Source of the DNA: Escherichia coli
GTDB lineage: Bacteria > Pseudomonadota > Gammaproteobacteria > Enterobacterales > Enterobacteriaceae
Direction: 5' to 3' (one strand)
Length of the DNA: 64,000 nt
Assembly (NCBI RefSeq): GCF_029227855.1
Contig: NZ_CP074356.1
The notes beneath the pieces were generated by a model. It had not been told where the DNA came from and searched no databases. It worked only from the letters and a program-made list of their open reading frames with translations. The position numbers and the translations under genes are program-made. Shown one piece after another: positions 1 through 9,129 of the stretch; positions within the stretch are counted from its first letter, which is position 1; each line of letters starts with the position of its first letter.

Positions 1-338
1 CGCTGTCGAAAGAGACGCTCGCCACCATTATCGCCGGAAAACTGGCCCGTCTGGATAACGTGCTGCGCAGTCGCTTTGGTGCAGAAGTGGTCATTGAACC
101 GGAAGTGACGGACGAAATCATGAGCCGCGTCACCCGCGCGGAAAACGGCGCGAGGATGCTGGAATCGGTCATCGATGGCGACATGCTACCGCCGCTCTCG
201 CTGCTGCTGTTGCAGAAAATGGCGGCTAACACGGCGATTGCCCGGATTCGGTTGTCGGCGGTGGACGACGCATTTACGGCAGACGTGGAAGATGCTCAGA
301 ACGACGAGTCCGTCACAAAGGATGAAACGGTTTTATGA
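1..338 (+). CDS. tssH: ClpV/TssH AAA+ ATPase of T6SS, C-terminal fragment (5' end lies outside window)
   Basis: Frame open from window edge to TGA at 336-338; tail ...RFGAEVVIEPEVTDEIMSRVTRAENGARMLESVIDG... resembles Clp/Hsp100 C-terminal small domain; stop overlaps next start (ATGA); followed by tssA/tssM/hcp. Confidence 0.6.
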   Translation, partial: LSKETLATIIAGKLARLDNVLRSRFGAEVVIEPEVTDEIMSRVTRAENGARMLESVIDGDMLPPLSLLLLQKMAANTAIARIRLSAVDDAFTADVEDAQNDESVTKDETVL

Positions 339-1078
339 GCAGGTTGCGCGTTTTCCGGCAGACAGGATGGTTTATCGCGGGCCTGATGACGGGCTTACCC
401 GCCACTGCCGCGCCCGCAGAAACATCGTCAATGGCCGGTGTGGCGGTCGCCGTCGCCACCACGACCCCGCCGGATGCGACAGCCACGTCACAGGCCATGC
501 AGTCCTGTCGGCGGGAGTCCGCGGCGCTGGAGCGGCTTGACTGCTATGACCGCCTGCTGGCACCGCTGTCCCCGTCAGGGTTTGACGGGGCGCTGGTCAA
601 AGCCGGTTTTGTGGGCGAGGCCTGGACCCGCGCCACAGAGCAGGAAAAACGCCGCGAGGGCAACACCACAGAACTGCTGGTGACGCAGGTGCCGGGGGAG
701 CGCCCGACGGTGGTGATAACCACCCCGGCTATCGGCCATGTTCCGCCGCGCCCGGTGCTGATGTTCAGTTGCGTGGACAATATCACCCGGATGCAGGTGG
801 CGCTGATGCACCCTCTGGATGTCCATGATATCGCCGTCACTCTGAATGCCGACAGCCGGGCATTGCGTAGCCACTGGTTTGTGCGCGAGAACGGCACCCT
901 GCTGGAGTCCAGCCGGGGGCTGTCCGGGATTGATGAAATTAAGCAACTGTTCGGCGCAAAAACGCTGACAGTGGATACCGGCGCAGATAACGCCGCAGGA
1001 AAGCTGACCTTTAACATTGACGGGCTGGCAAGGGCGATTGCCCCCCTGCGCGTTGCCTGCCACTGGGCGGGAGAATAA
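335..1078 (+). CDS. T6SS-associated exported protein (VasI-like by position), 247 aa
   Basis: ORF with N-terminal hydrophobic signal-like segment (GWFIAGLMTGLPATAAPA) and Ala/Thr/Pro-rich linker; translationally coupled to clpV and tssA; assignment by synteny only. Confidence 0.5.
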   Translation: MSRLRVFRQTGWFIAGLMTGLPATAAPAETSSMAGVAVAVATTTPPDATATSQAMQSCRRESAALERLDCYDRLLAPLSPSGFDGALVKAGFVGEAWTRATEQEKRREGNTTELLVTQVPGERPTVVITTPAIGHVPPRPVLMFSCVDNITRMQVALMHPLDVHDIAVTLNADSRALRSHWFVRENGTLLESSRGLSGIDEIKQLFGAKTLTVDTGADNAAGKLTFNIDGLARAIAPLRVACHWAGE

Positions 1079-1082
1079 AAAT

Positions 1083-2495
1083 ATGGCAATGGACTTACGC
1101 GATCCGAATGTCTGGATAACGCACCTGCTGGAAAACCTGCCGGAAGAAAAACTGGCATCGGCGCTGAAAGATGACAACCCGGACTGGGAGTATATCGACG
1201 GCGAAATCGTCAAACTGGGATCTCTGGCCCACAGTCAACTGGATATCCCGGAACTCCAGCGCCGGGGGCTGGTCATTCTGGCTTCGGAGAGTAAGGACTT
1301 TCGTCTGCTGGCGCATCTGCTGAGAACCCTGCAACACGCCGGTGATCCTCATCTCGCATTGCGCCTGCTGGCGCTGTATGTGGAGCATTACTGGTCGGTG
1401 GCTGCGCCGCAGAATATGGCACATAAAAAACGCTTTGCCAGCCAGGTCATTAAACGCTTCGAAACAGGTATTGAAGGCTTTTCACAGAACGCCGCCACAG
1501 CGCAGCGCGACGCGCTGTCAGGGGAACTGGCGAAACTGGCGCAGTGCTGGCAGTCACATAACGCCCCGGAACTGGCACTGGCTACCGATGATCTTTTTGC
1601 CCTGTACCAGCGTGCGTTTAATCGTGCGGCACCGGCTCCTGCCCCCACTCCAGCGGCCTCCGATAGTTCACGACAGACCACCGCCACGTCTGAAAGCGGC
1701 GTGACGCAACCCAGTGCTCCGGCTCCCCAAATCGCCATCGACAGTCACGACGACAAAGCCTGGCGCGACACGCTGTTAAAAGTGGCGGCTATTTTATGTG
1801 AACGCCAGCCGGACTCGCCGCAGGGCTATCGCCTGCGCCGCCATGCCCTGTGGCAATCCATCACCAGTACACCCCAGGCGGAAAGCGATGGACGTACCCC
1901 ATTGGCTGCGGTCTCTGCCGATATGGTGGCGGATTACCAGTCCCGGCTTGCCAGCGCGGATATGGCGCTGTGGCAGCAGGTTGAGAAAAGCGTATTGCTG
2001 GCTCCTTACTGGCTGGACGGTCACTGTCTTTCTGCACAGACGGCACTGCGTCTGGGTTACAAACAGGTGGCAGACACCATCCGCGATGAGGTCATCCGCT
2101 TCCTTGAGCGTCTGCCCCAGCTTACCGGGCTGCTGTTTAATGACCGCACACCGTTTCTTAGTGAGCAGACGAAACAATGGCTGGCAGCTTCGCCCGACGG
2201 CAAAGTTGCACCGGTTGCGCAAATCGGTGAGGAATCGCAGGCAGCCAGAGCCTGTTTTGCTGGGCAGGGTCTGGAGGCGGCGCTGCGATATCTGGACATG
2301 CTACCCGAAGGCGATCCCCGCGATCAGTTTCACCGCCAGTACCTTGCCGCACAGTTGACGGAGGAGGCGGGGCTGATACAGCTTGCGCAGCAACAGTACC
2401 GGATGTTGTTGATGATAGGGAGTCAGATGATGGTGTCTGACTGGGAGCCATCATTACTTACGCAGCTTGAACAAAAATTCACGGCAGAACAATAA
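1083..2495 (+). CDS. tssA: TssA (ImpA-family) T6SS protein, 470 aa
   Basis: ATG at 1083 preceded by GGGAGA 7 nt upstream; ~470 aa with internal Pro/Ala-rich linker; immediately upstream of tssM as in VasJ-VasK arrangement. Confidence 0.6.
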   Translation: MAMDLRDPNVWITHLLENLPEEKLASALKDDNPDWEYIDGEIVKLGSLAHSQLDIPELQRRGLVILASESKDFRLLAHLLRTLQHAGDPHLALRLLALYVEHYWSVAAPQNMAHKKRFASQVIKRFETGIEGFSQNAATAQRDALSGELAKLAQCWQSHNAPELALATDDLFALYQRAFNRAAPAPAPTPAASDSSRQTTATSESGVTQPSAPAPQIAIDSHDDKAWRDTLLKVAAILCERQPDSPQGYRLRRHALWQSITSTPQAESDGRTPLAAVSADMVADYQSRLASADMALWQQVEKSVLLAPYWLDGHCLSAQTALRLGYKQVADTIRDEVIRFLERLPQLTGLLFNDRTPFLSEQTKQWLAASPDGKVAPVAQIGEESQAARACFAGQGLEAALRYLDMLPEGDPRDQFHRQYLAAQLTEEAGLIQLAQQQYRMLLMIGSQMMVSDWEPSLLTQLEQKFTAEQ

Positions 2496-2513
2496 AAGAG
2501 AACAGGAGTTTTT

Positions 2514-5500
2514 GTGTTCAGATTACCAACACCCCGACTACTCAGCGGACTCAAATCAGCCCTACGCCCGGCGATGCCCCGGTTTAAAGTCTCCGCTTTC
2601 TGGCTGCTGATACTGGCGTGGATTTTTCTGCTGGTATGGATCTGGTGGAAAGGCCCGACGTGGACGCTGTATGAAGAACAGTGGCTCAAACCACTGGCGA
2701 ACCGCTGGCTGGCAACGGCGGCATGGGGGATTATCGCCCTAGTGTGGCTTACCGTCCGGGTGATGAAGCGCCTGCAACAGCTTGAAAAAATGCAAAAGCA
2801 GCAGCGCGAGGAGGCCATTGATCCGCTCAGTGTGGAGCTGAACGCCCAGCAGCGTTACCTTGACCGCTGGCTGCTGCGCCTGCAACGCCATCTCGACAAC
2901 CGCCGTTTCCTGTGGCAGTTGCCGTGGTATATGGTCATCGGCCCGGCGGGCAGTGGCAAAACGACACTGCTGCGCGAGGGTTTTCCGTCCGACATTATTT
3001 ATGCCCCGGAGGGCGCACGCGGCGCAGAACAACGCCTGTACCTCACGCCCCATGTCGGTAAACAGGCGGTGATCTTTGATATCGACGGCACACTCTGCGC
3101 TCCCGCTGATGCGGATATCCTGCATCGCCGTCTGTGGGAACATGCCCTCGGCTGGCTGAAAGAAAAGCGCGCGCGCCAGTCGCTGAACGGGATTATTCTG
3201 ACACTCGATTTACCCGATCTGCTTACCGCAGACAAACGCCGCCGCGAACATCTGTTACAGACGCTGCGCAGCCGCTTGCAGGATATACGCCAGCATCTTC
3301 ACTGCCAGTTACCGGTTTACGTGGTACTCACCCGGCTTGATTTATTGCAGGGTTTTGCCGCCCTGTTCCAGTCACTGAACAGACAGGATCGCGATGCAAT
3401 TCTAGGGGTCACGTTCACCCGCCGCGCCCATGAAAATGATGACTGGCGAACAGAGTTGAATGCTTTCTGGCAGACATGGGTGGATCGAATGAACCTAGCG
3501 TTGCCGGATCTGATGGTCGCTCAGACTCACACCCGCGCGTCTTTATTTAGTTTTTCCCGCCAGATGCAGGGAAGCCGTGAACCACTGGTGTCACTGCTTG
3601 AGGGTCTGCTTGACGGCGAAAATATGAACGTGATGCTGCGTGGCGTCTATCTCACCTCTTCGCTTCAGCGCGGACAGATGGATGATATTTTCACCCAGTC
3701 TGCCGCCCGCCAATACCGGCTGGGCAATAACCCACTGGCGTCCTGGCCTCTGGTGGACACCGCACCCTATTTCACCCGTAGCATGTTCCCGCAGGCGTTA
3801 CTCGCAGAGCCTAATCTGGCAACGGAGAGCCGCGCCTGGCTGATGCGTTCCCGTCGCCGCCTGACGGTTTTCTCTGCCACTGGCGGCGTGGCGGCACTGC
3901 TGCTCATCACCGGCTGGCATCACTATTACAATGGTAACTATCAGTCCGGCATCACCGTGCTTAAGCAGGCCAAAGCCTTTATGGATGTGCCGCCTCCGCA
4001 GGGGGAAGATGACTATGGCAACCTGCAACTGCCGCTGCTGAACCCGGTACGCGATGCCACTCTGGCCTACGGTGACTGGGGCGACCGCAGCCGCCTTGCG
4101 GAGATGGGATTATATCAGGGGCGACGCATCGGGCCTTATGTGGAACGGACCTACCTGCAACTGCTGGAGCAACGCTATCTTCCGTCGCTGTTTAACGGGC
4201 TGGTCAAAGAGATGAACGCCGCGCCACCGGAGAGTGAGGAAAAACTCGCCGTGCTGCGCGTGATGCGAATGCTGGAGGATAAGAGCGGACGTAACAATGA
4301 GGTGGTGAAGCAGTATATGGCAAAACGCTGGAGCGAAAAGTTCCACGGCCAGCGCGATATCCAGGCGCAACAGATGTCCCATCTTGACTACGCGCTGGCT
4401 CACACAGACTGGCATGCAGAGCGTCAGGCGGGCGACGGTGACGCTATCAGCCGCTGGACGCCGTATGACAAGCCCGTTGTGTCAGCACAGAAAGAACTAA
4501 GCAAACTACCTGTCTACCAGCGAGTTTACCAGAGCCTGAAAACGCGGGCGCTGGGCGTTCTTCCTGCCGACCTCAATCTGCGTGACCAGGTAGGGCCAAC
4601 CTTTGACCAGGTGTTTACATCTGCCGATGACAATAAACTGGTTGTTCCACAGTTTCTTACCCGTTACGGCCTGCAAAGCTATTTTGTAAAACAGCGCGAT
4701 GAACTGGTTGAACTGACGGCGATGGATTCCTGGGTACTCAACCTCACCCGCAGCGTGAAATACAGTGACGCCGACCGGGCGGAAATCCAGCGCCAGTTGA
4801 CCGAGCAGTATATCAGCGACTACACCGCCACCTGGCGGGCCGGGATGGACAATCTGAATATCCGCAATTTTGAGTCCATCGGACAACTGACCGGGGCGCT
4901 GGAGCAGGTTATCAGCGGTGACCAGCCTTTGCAGCGGGCGCTGACCGTGCTGCGTGACAACACACAACCAGGCGCCTTTTCTGAAAAGCTATCTGCTAAA
5001 GAACGGGATGAGGCCCTGGCTGAACCAGACTACCAGTTACTCACCCGCCTTGGGCATGAGTTCGCCCCGGAAAACAGTACCCTGACAGTCCAGAAAGATA
5101 AAGAAAGCACGATGCAGGCCGTGTACCTGCAGCTCACCGAGTTACACCGCTACCTGCTGGCGATCCAGAACGCGCCTGTACCTGGGAAATCGGCACTGAA
5201 AGCCGTGCAGTTACGGCTTGATCAGAACAGCAGCGATCCCATATTCGCCACCCGCCAGATGGCAAAAACACTGCCTGCTCCGCTCAACCGCTGGGCAGGC
5301 AGGCTGGCTGACCAGGCCTGGCATGTGGTGATGGTGGAAGCCGTTCACTATATGGAAGTGGACTGGCGCGACAGCGTGGTGAAACCGTTTAACGAGCAAC
5401 TGGCAAATAACTATCCGTTTAATCCACATTCTGCACAGGATGCCTCACTGGATGCCTTCGAACGATTCTTTAAACCAGATGGCATACTGGATACCTTCTA

Positions 5501-6038
5501 CCAGCAGAACCTAAAGCTGTTTATCGACAATGACCTGAGTCTGGAGGATGGCGATAACAACGTCATTATTCGCGAAGATATTATTGCGCAACTGGAAACC
5601 GCGCAGAAAATCCGTGACATATTCTTCAGCAAACAGAACGGTCTGGGAACATCCTTTGCCGTGGAAACGGTATCGCTTTCCGGCAACAAACGCCGCAGCG
5701 TACTGAACCTTGACGGTCAGTTAGTCGATTACAGCCAGGGCCGTAACTATACCGCCCATCTGGTCTGGCCTAACAATATGCGCGAAGGCAACGAAAGCAA
5801 ACTGACGCTGGTTGGTGCCCGCGGCGGCGCACCGCGCAGTATCAGCTTCAGCGGGCCGTGGGCTCCGTTCCGCCTGTTCGGGGCCGGACAGCTGACCGGA
5901 GTACAGGATGGCAACTTTACCGTGCGCTTTAGTGTGGACGGTGGCGCAATGACCTACCGCGTGCATACCGACACGGAAGATAACCCGTTCAGCGGTGGGT
6001 TATTCAGCCAGTTTGGCCTGTCAGACACACTGTACTGA
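2514..6038 (+). CDS. tssM: TssM (IcmF/VasK) T6SS membrane complex protein, 1174 aa
   Basis: GTG start at 2514 with AGGAG 6 nt upstream; N-terminal hydrophobic helices; Walker A GPAGSGKTT encoded at 2940-2966; size typical of IcmF family. Confidence 0.85.
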   Translation: MFRLPTPRLLSGLKSALRPAMPRFKVSAFWLLILAWIFLLVWIWWKGPTWTLYEEQWLKPLANRWLATAAWGIIALVWLTVRVMKRLQQLEKMQKQQREEAIDPLSVELNAQQRYLDRWLLRLQRHLDNRRFLWQLPWYMVIGPAGSGKTTLLREGFPSDIIYAPEGARGAEQRLYLTPHVGKQAVIFDIDGTLCAPADADILHRRLWEHALGWLKEKRARQSLNGIILTLDLPDLLTADKRRREHLLQTLRSRLQDIRQHLHCQLPVYVVLTRLDLLQGFAALFQSLNRQDRDAILGVTFTRRAHENDDWRTELNAFWQTWVDRMNLALPDLMVAQTHTRASLFSFSRQMQGSREPLVSLLEGLLDGENMNVMLRGVYLTSSLQRGQMDDIFTQSAARQYRLGNNPLASWPLVDTAPYFTRSMFPQALLAEPNLATESRAWLMRSRRRLTVFSATGGVAALLLITGWHHYYNGNYQSGITVLKQAKAFMDVPPPQGEDDYGNLQLPLLNPVRDATLAYGDWGDRSRLAEMGLYQGRRIGPYVERTYLQLLEQRYLPSLFNGLVKEMNAAPPESEEKLAVLRVMRMLEDKSGRNNEVVKQYMAKRWSEKFHGQRDIQAQQMSHLDYALAHTDWHAERQAGDGDAISRWTPYDKPVVSAQKELSKLPVYQRVYQSLKTRALGVLPADLNLRDQVGPTFDQVFTSADDNKLVVPQFLTRYGLQSYFVKQRDELVELTAMDSWVLNLTRSVKYSDADRAEIQRQLTEQYISDYTATWRAGMDNLNIRNFESIGQLTGALEQVISGDQPLQRALTVLRDNTQPGAFSEKLSAKERDEALAEPDYQLLTRLGHEFAPENSTLTVQKDKESTMQAVYLQLTELHRYLLAIQNAPVPGKSALKAVQLRLDQNSSDPIFATRQMAKTLPAPLNRWAGRLADQAWHVVMVEAVHYMEVDWRDSVVKPFNEQLANNYPFNPHSAQDASLDAFERFFKPDGILDTFYQQNLKLFIDNDLSLEDGDNNVIIREDIIAQLETAQKIRDIFFSKQNGLGTSFAVETVSLSGNKRRSVLNLDGQLVDYSQGRNYTAHLVWPNNMREGNESKLTLVGARGGAPRSISFSGPWAPFRLFGAGQLTGVQDGNFTVRFSVDGGAMTYRVHTDTEDNPFSGGLFSQFGLSDTLY

Positions 6039-6048
6039 GGAGGCAGGG

Positions 6049-7401
6049 ATGAATAGTAACGGACTGACACAAACTATCGTTACCGGCAGTGACCCGCGCG
6101 GGCTGCCGGAATTCAGCGCCATCCGCGAGGAAATAAACAAAGCCAGCCATCCGTCACAGCCTGAGCTGAACTGGAAACTGGTGGAGTCGCTGGCGCTGGC
6201 GATTTTTAAAGCCAACGGTGTGGATTTACACACCGCCACCTACTATACGCTTGCCCGGACACGGACACAGGGACTGGCGGGATTCTGCGAAGGTGCGGAA
6301 CTGCTGGCGGCAATGGTAAGCCACGACTGGGATAAATTCTGGCCGCAGGGCGGTCCGGCGCGTACTGAAATGCTGGACTGGTTTAACTCCCGAACCGGCA
6401 ATATTCTGCGTCAGCAAATCCCCTTTGCGGAACCCGATCTGCCACTGATCTACCGCACAGAGCGGGCATTGCAGCTTATCTGCGACAAGCTTCAGCAGGT
6501 GGAGCTGAAGCGCGTTCCGCGCGTGGAGAATCTGCTCTATTTTATGCAGAACACGCGTAAGCGGCTTGAACCCCAGCCGAAGAGTAACGTTGAAAACGCC
6601 GTACAGACCACGGTTAGAACACTGATTTATGCCCCGGAAACAACGGCTTCCTCCACGCCAGAAGCGGTAGTGCCTCCCCTGCCCGACCTGCCTGAGATGA
6701 AAGTAGAAGTGCGCAGTCTGTCAGAGAATCCCCCACAGGCCAGTGTGATGAAGCAAGGCAGTACGGTAAGAGGGTTTATCACGGGGATCGCCTGTTCAGT
6801 GGCTGTCGCCTCAGCATTGTGGTGGTGGCAGGTCTATCCGGTGCAACAGCAACTGTTACAGGTTAACGACACCGCGCAGGGCGCAGCAACGGTGTGGATG
6901 GCCTCACCTGAACTAGAAAACTATGAGCGCAGGCTGCAACAGCTTCTTGGCGTCTCCCCGGTACAACCGCTGGAAACCGGGATGCAGATGATGCGTGTTG
7001 CCGACAGTCGCTGGCCGGAAAGCCTGCAGCAGCAGCAGGCCTCGACACATTGGAATGAAGCACTCAAAACCCGCGCACAGAGTAGCCCGCAGTTGCGTGG
7101 CTGGTTGCAGACCCGTCAGGACTTACATGCTTTTGCAGATCTCGTGATGCGGCGCGAGAAAGAGGGACTAACCCTTTCCTATATCAAAAATGTCATCTGG
7201 CAGGCGGAGCGGGGACTGGGGCAGGAAACACCCGTTGAGTCTCTGTTGACGCAGTACCAGGATACCCGTGCGCAGAAGCAGAATATAGATGCGCTGGAAA
7301 AACAAATTAATGAGCGACTCGAAGGCGTGTTAATCCGCTGGCTGCTGCTGAAGAATAACGTCATGCCAGAGGCGGCAACCGGGACCACGGCCGAAAAATA
7401 A
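6049..7401 (+). CDS. TssA-like / VasL-like membrane-anchored T6SS accessory protein, 450 aa
   Basis: ATG at 6049 after GAGGAGG (6038-6044); central hydrophobic segment ITGIACSVAVASALWWW; position after tssM matches VasL; family call by synteny, not verified. Confidence 0.5.
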   Translation: MNSNGLTQTIVTGSDPRGLPEFSAIREEINKASHPSQPELNWKLVESLALAIFKANGVDLHTATYYTLARTRTQGLAGFCEGAELLAAMVSHDWDKFWPQGGPARTEMLDWFNSRTGNILRQQIPFAEPDLPLIYRTERALQLICDKLQQVELKRVPRVENLLYFMQNTRKRLEPQPKSNVENAVQTTVRTLIYAPETTASSTPEAVVPPLPDLPEMKVEVRSLSENPPQASVMKQGSTVRGFITGIACSVAVASALWWWQVYPVQQQLLQVNDTAQGAATVWMASPELENYERRLQQLLGVSPVQPLETGMQMMRVADSRWPESLQQQQASTHWNEALKTRAQSSPQLRGWLQTRQDLHAFADLVMRREKEGLTLSYIKNVIWQAERGLGQETPVESLLTQYQDTRAQKQNIDALEKQINERLEGVLIRWLLLKNNVMPEAATGTTAEK

Positions 7402-7424
7402 TTATTTAATTAAAGGAGATTATC

Positions 7425-7907
7425 ATGGCAAATATGAGTTATTTATCTTTGAGTGGAGAGACACAAGGGCTGATTTCAGCAGGTTGCTCAACGCTTGATT
7501 CTGTCGGAAACAAAGCACAGCCAGAACATAAAGATCAGATCATGGTTTATGCGTTAATGCATTCCATCTCAAGAAGTCAAAATGTCAATCATCATGAATT
7601 AATTATCACCAAACCGGTTGATAAATCCTCACCATTGCTGGCAAAAGCACTTAGTGACAATGAAAAAATGGTAACATGTGAATTTATACTCTACCGAACC
7701 AGTAAAGCGGGTATTTACCAGCCTTATTATAAAATAAACCTGTCAAAAGCCCGAATATCAAGTATTGATTTTGTCACACCGCATGCTGTCCTGGAAAAAG
7801 AACTGGAGCCACAGGAGAGAATTGCCTTTATTTATGAAGATATTTCCTGGGAGCATACGTTAGCCGGTACGAATGCAATGAGTAAATGGCAGGATCGTGT
7901 ACAGTAA
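7425..7907 (+). CDS. hcp: Hcp (TssD) T6SS tube protein, 160 aa
   Basis: AGGAG RBS upstream; 160 aa; Hcp-like segments KSSPLLAKAL and ERIAFIYEDISWEH; no C-terminal extension; lower GC than upstream T6SS genes. Confidence 0.8.
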   Translation: MANMSYLSLSGETQGLISAGCSTLDSVGNKAQPEHKDQIMVYALMHSISRSQNVNHHELIITKPVDKSSPLLAKALSDNEKMVTCEFILYRTSKAGIYQPYYKINLSKARISSIDFVTPHAVLEKELEPQERIAFIYEDISWEHTLAGTNAMSKWQDRVQ

Positions 7908-7950
7908 TTTACTGTAATAACATAATAAATTACTATTGCGGAGAGATATA

Positions 7951-8865
7951 ATGGCTGGTTTAAGGAATAATAACAACACACAGAATGCACAGTGGGCTGA
8001 TTATGTGGGTGACATTCTTCGGGGGGCTCAACCGATAAACCAGCTAGTACCTCAGCACCCTTATCTTAACGACGTCCCACTCATTGATGAATTAAGGCGT
8101 CAGAACACTCATCATGTTATTCTCTTGACACTTGATGTTGCAAAAAAAATACTCAACTCAATAACATCATTTGATTACATTCATTTTATCACTACACATC
8201 CTTCAGGTATAAAAGATACACTCGCTTGGTTAGTTAACGCGGGTAAATTAATGACTGAGTTTGATGGAAATGGGAAAATTATATTTAACTTTAATACCTT
8301 AAAGTATACAAAAGCAAGTTACTTTGAAATACTTGGAGAGAAATATATAAAAATTACAACATCCAGCCCCTGGCTTTTAGAAAAGCTCGGTAAATATATT
8401 TTCTCTTCACGAGCGCCTCAAGTTCTGGAACTCGCTATTGGCTGGCGAGGAGCTTTATCTGAATCAATAAAAGGAGTTAAGTTCTGTATCTGGTTTTCAG
8501 TAGCCTGGAGAACCATAGAATTTATTATGAGTTCAGAGCGAGATCTGGTTAATTTTCTTGGTGATTTTTCAATGGATGTGGCCAAAGCAGTGATTGCAGG
8601 CGGTGTTGCAACTGCTATTGGAAGCCTGGCTTCTTTTGCCTGTCTTAGTTTTGGCCTTCCAGTAATTCTTGTAGGAGGAGCAATTTTACTTACAGGGATA
8701 GTGTGTACAGTTGTTTTAAATGAAATCGATGCTCAATACCATTTATCAGAAAAATTAAAAGATGCAATTAGAGATGGACTAAAACGGCAACAGGAACTTG
8801 ATAAATGGAAAAGGGAAAACATGACTCCATTTATGTATGTTCTTAACACTCCTCCCGTGATATGA
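7951..8865 (+). CDS. hypothetical protein, 304 aa, C-terminal Gly/Ala-rich hydrophobic helical hairpin; candidate T6SS cargo effector
   Basis: ATG 7951 with GGAGAG 5 nt upstream; ~220-aa polar N-terminal region, then two hydrophobic helices (AVIAGGVATAIGSLASFA and GLPVILVGGAILLTGIVCTVVL) and a charged tail; AT-rich; 43 nt downstream of hcp. Confidence 0.55.
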   Translation: MAGLRNNNNTQNAQWADYVGDILRGAQPINQLVPQHPYLNDVPLIDELRRQNTHHVILLTLDVAKKILNSITSFDYIHFITTHPSGIKDTLAWLVNAGKLMTEFDGNGKIIFNFNTLKYTKASYFEILGEKYIKITTSSPWLLEKLGKYIFSSRAPQVLELAIGWRGALSESIKGVKFCIWFSVAWRTIEFIMSSERDLVNFLGDFSMDVAKAVIAGGVATAIGSLASFACLSFGLPVILVGGAILLTGIVCTVVLNEIDAQYHLSEKLKDAIRDGLKRQQELDKWKRENMTPFMYVLNTPPVI

Positions 8866-8874
8866 GGATTAACT

Positions 8875-9129
8875 ATGCGTTTACATGTTAAATTGAAAGA
8901 GTTTTTTTCGATGTTTTTTATAGCCATATTATTTTTCCCTGCATTCAATGCTTCTTTATTTTTTACCGGAATTAAACCTCTATATTCAATAATAAAAGGC
9001 TCCACGGAAATATTTTATGATTGGAGAATGTTGATTCTATGCTTCGGTTTCATATCGTTTTCCTTGTTAAATATTCATGTAATTTTACTAACAATAATAA
9101 AATCATTCTTAATAAAAAAACAAAGGTAA
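8875..9129 (+). CDS. small membrane protein, 84 aa, two predicted TM helices; candidate immunity protein
   Basis: ATG 8875 with GAGGA 6 nt upstream, 9 nt after previous stop; very hydrophobic product; ends just after an A7 run at 9114-9120. Confidence 0.4.
   Translation: MRLHVKLKEFFSMFFIAILFFPAFNASLFFTGIKPLYSIIKGSTEIFYDWRMLILCFGFISFSLLNIHVILLTIIKSFLIKKQR

Noticed and set aside
175-1424. Several overlapping ORFs in alternative frames (e.g. 175..540 +, 544..1158 -, 575..1213 -, 1095..1424 -)
   Set aside because: Arg/Pro/Ala-rich translations typical of off-frame reading of GC-rich coding DNA; they overlap the clpV/vasI/tssA frames that have RBSs and coupling.
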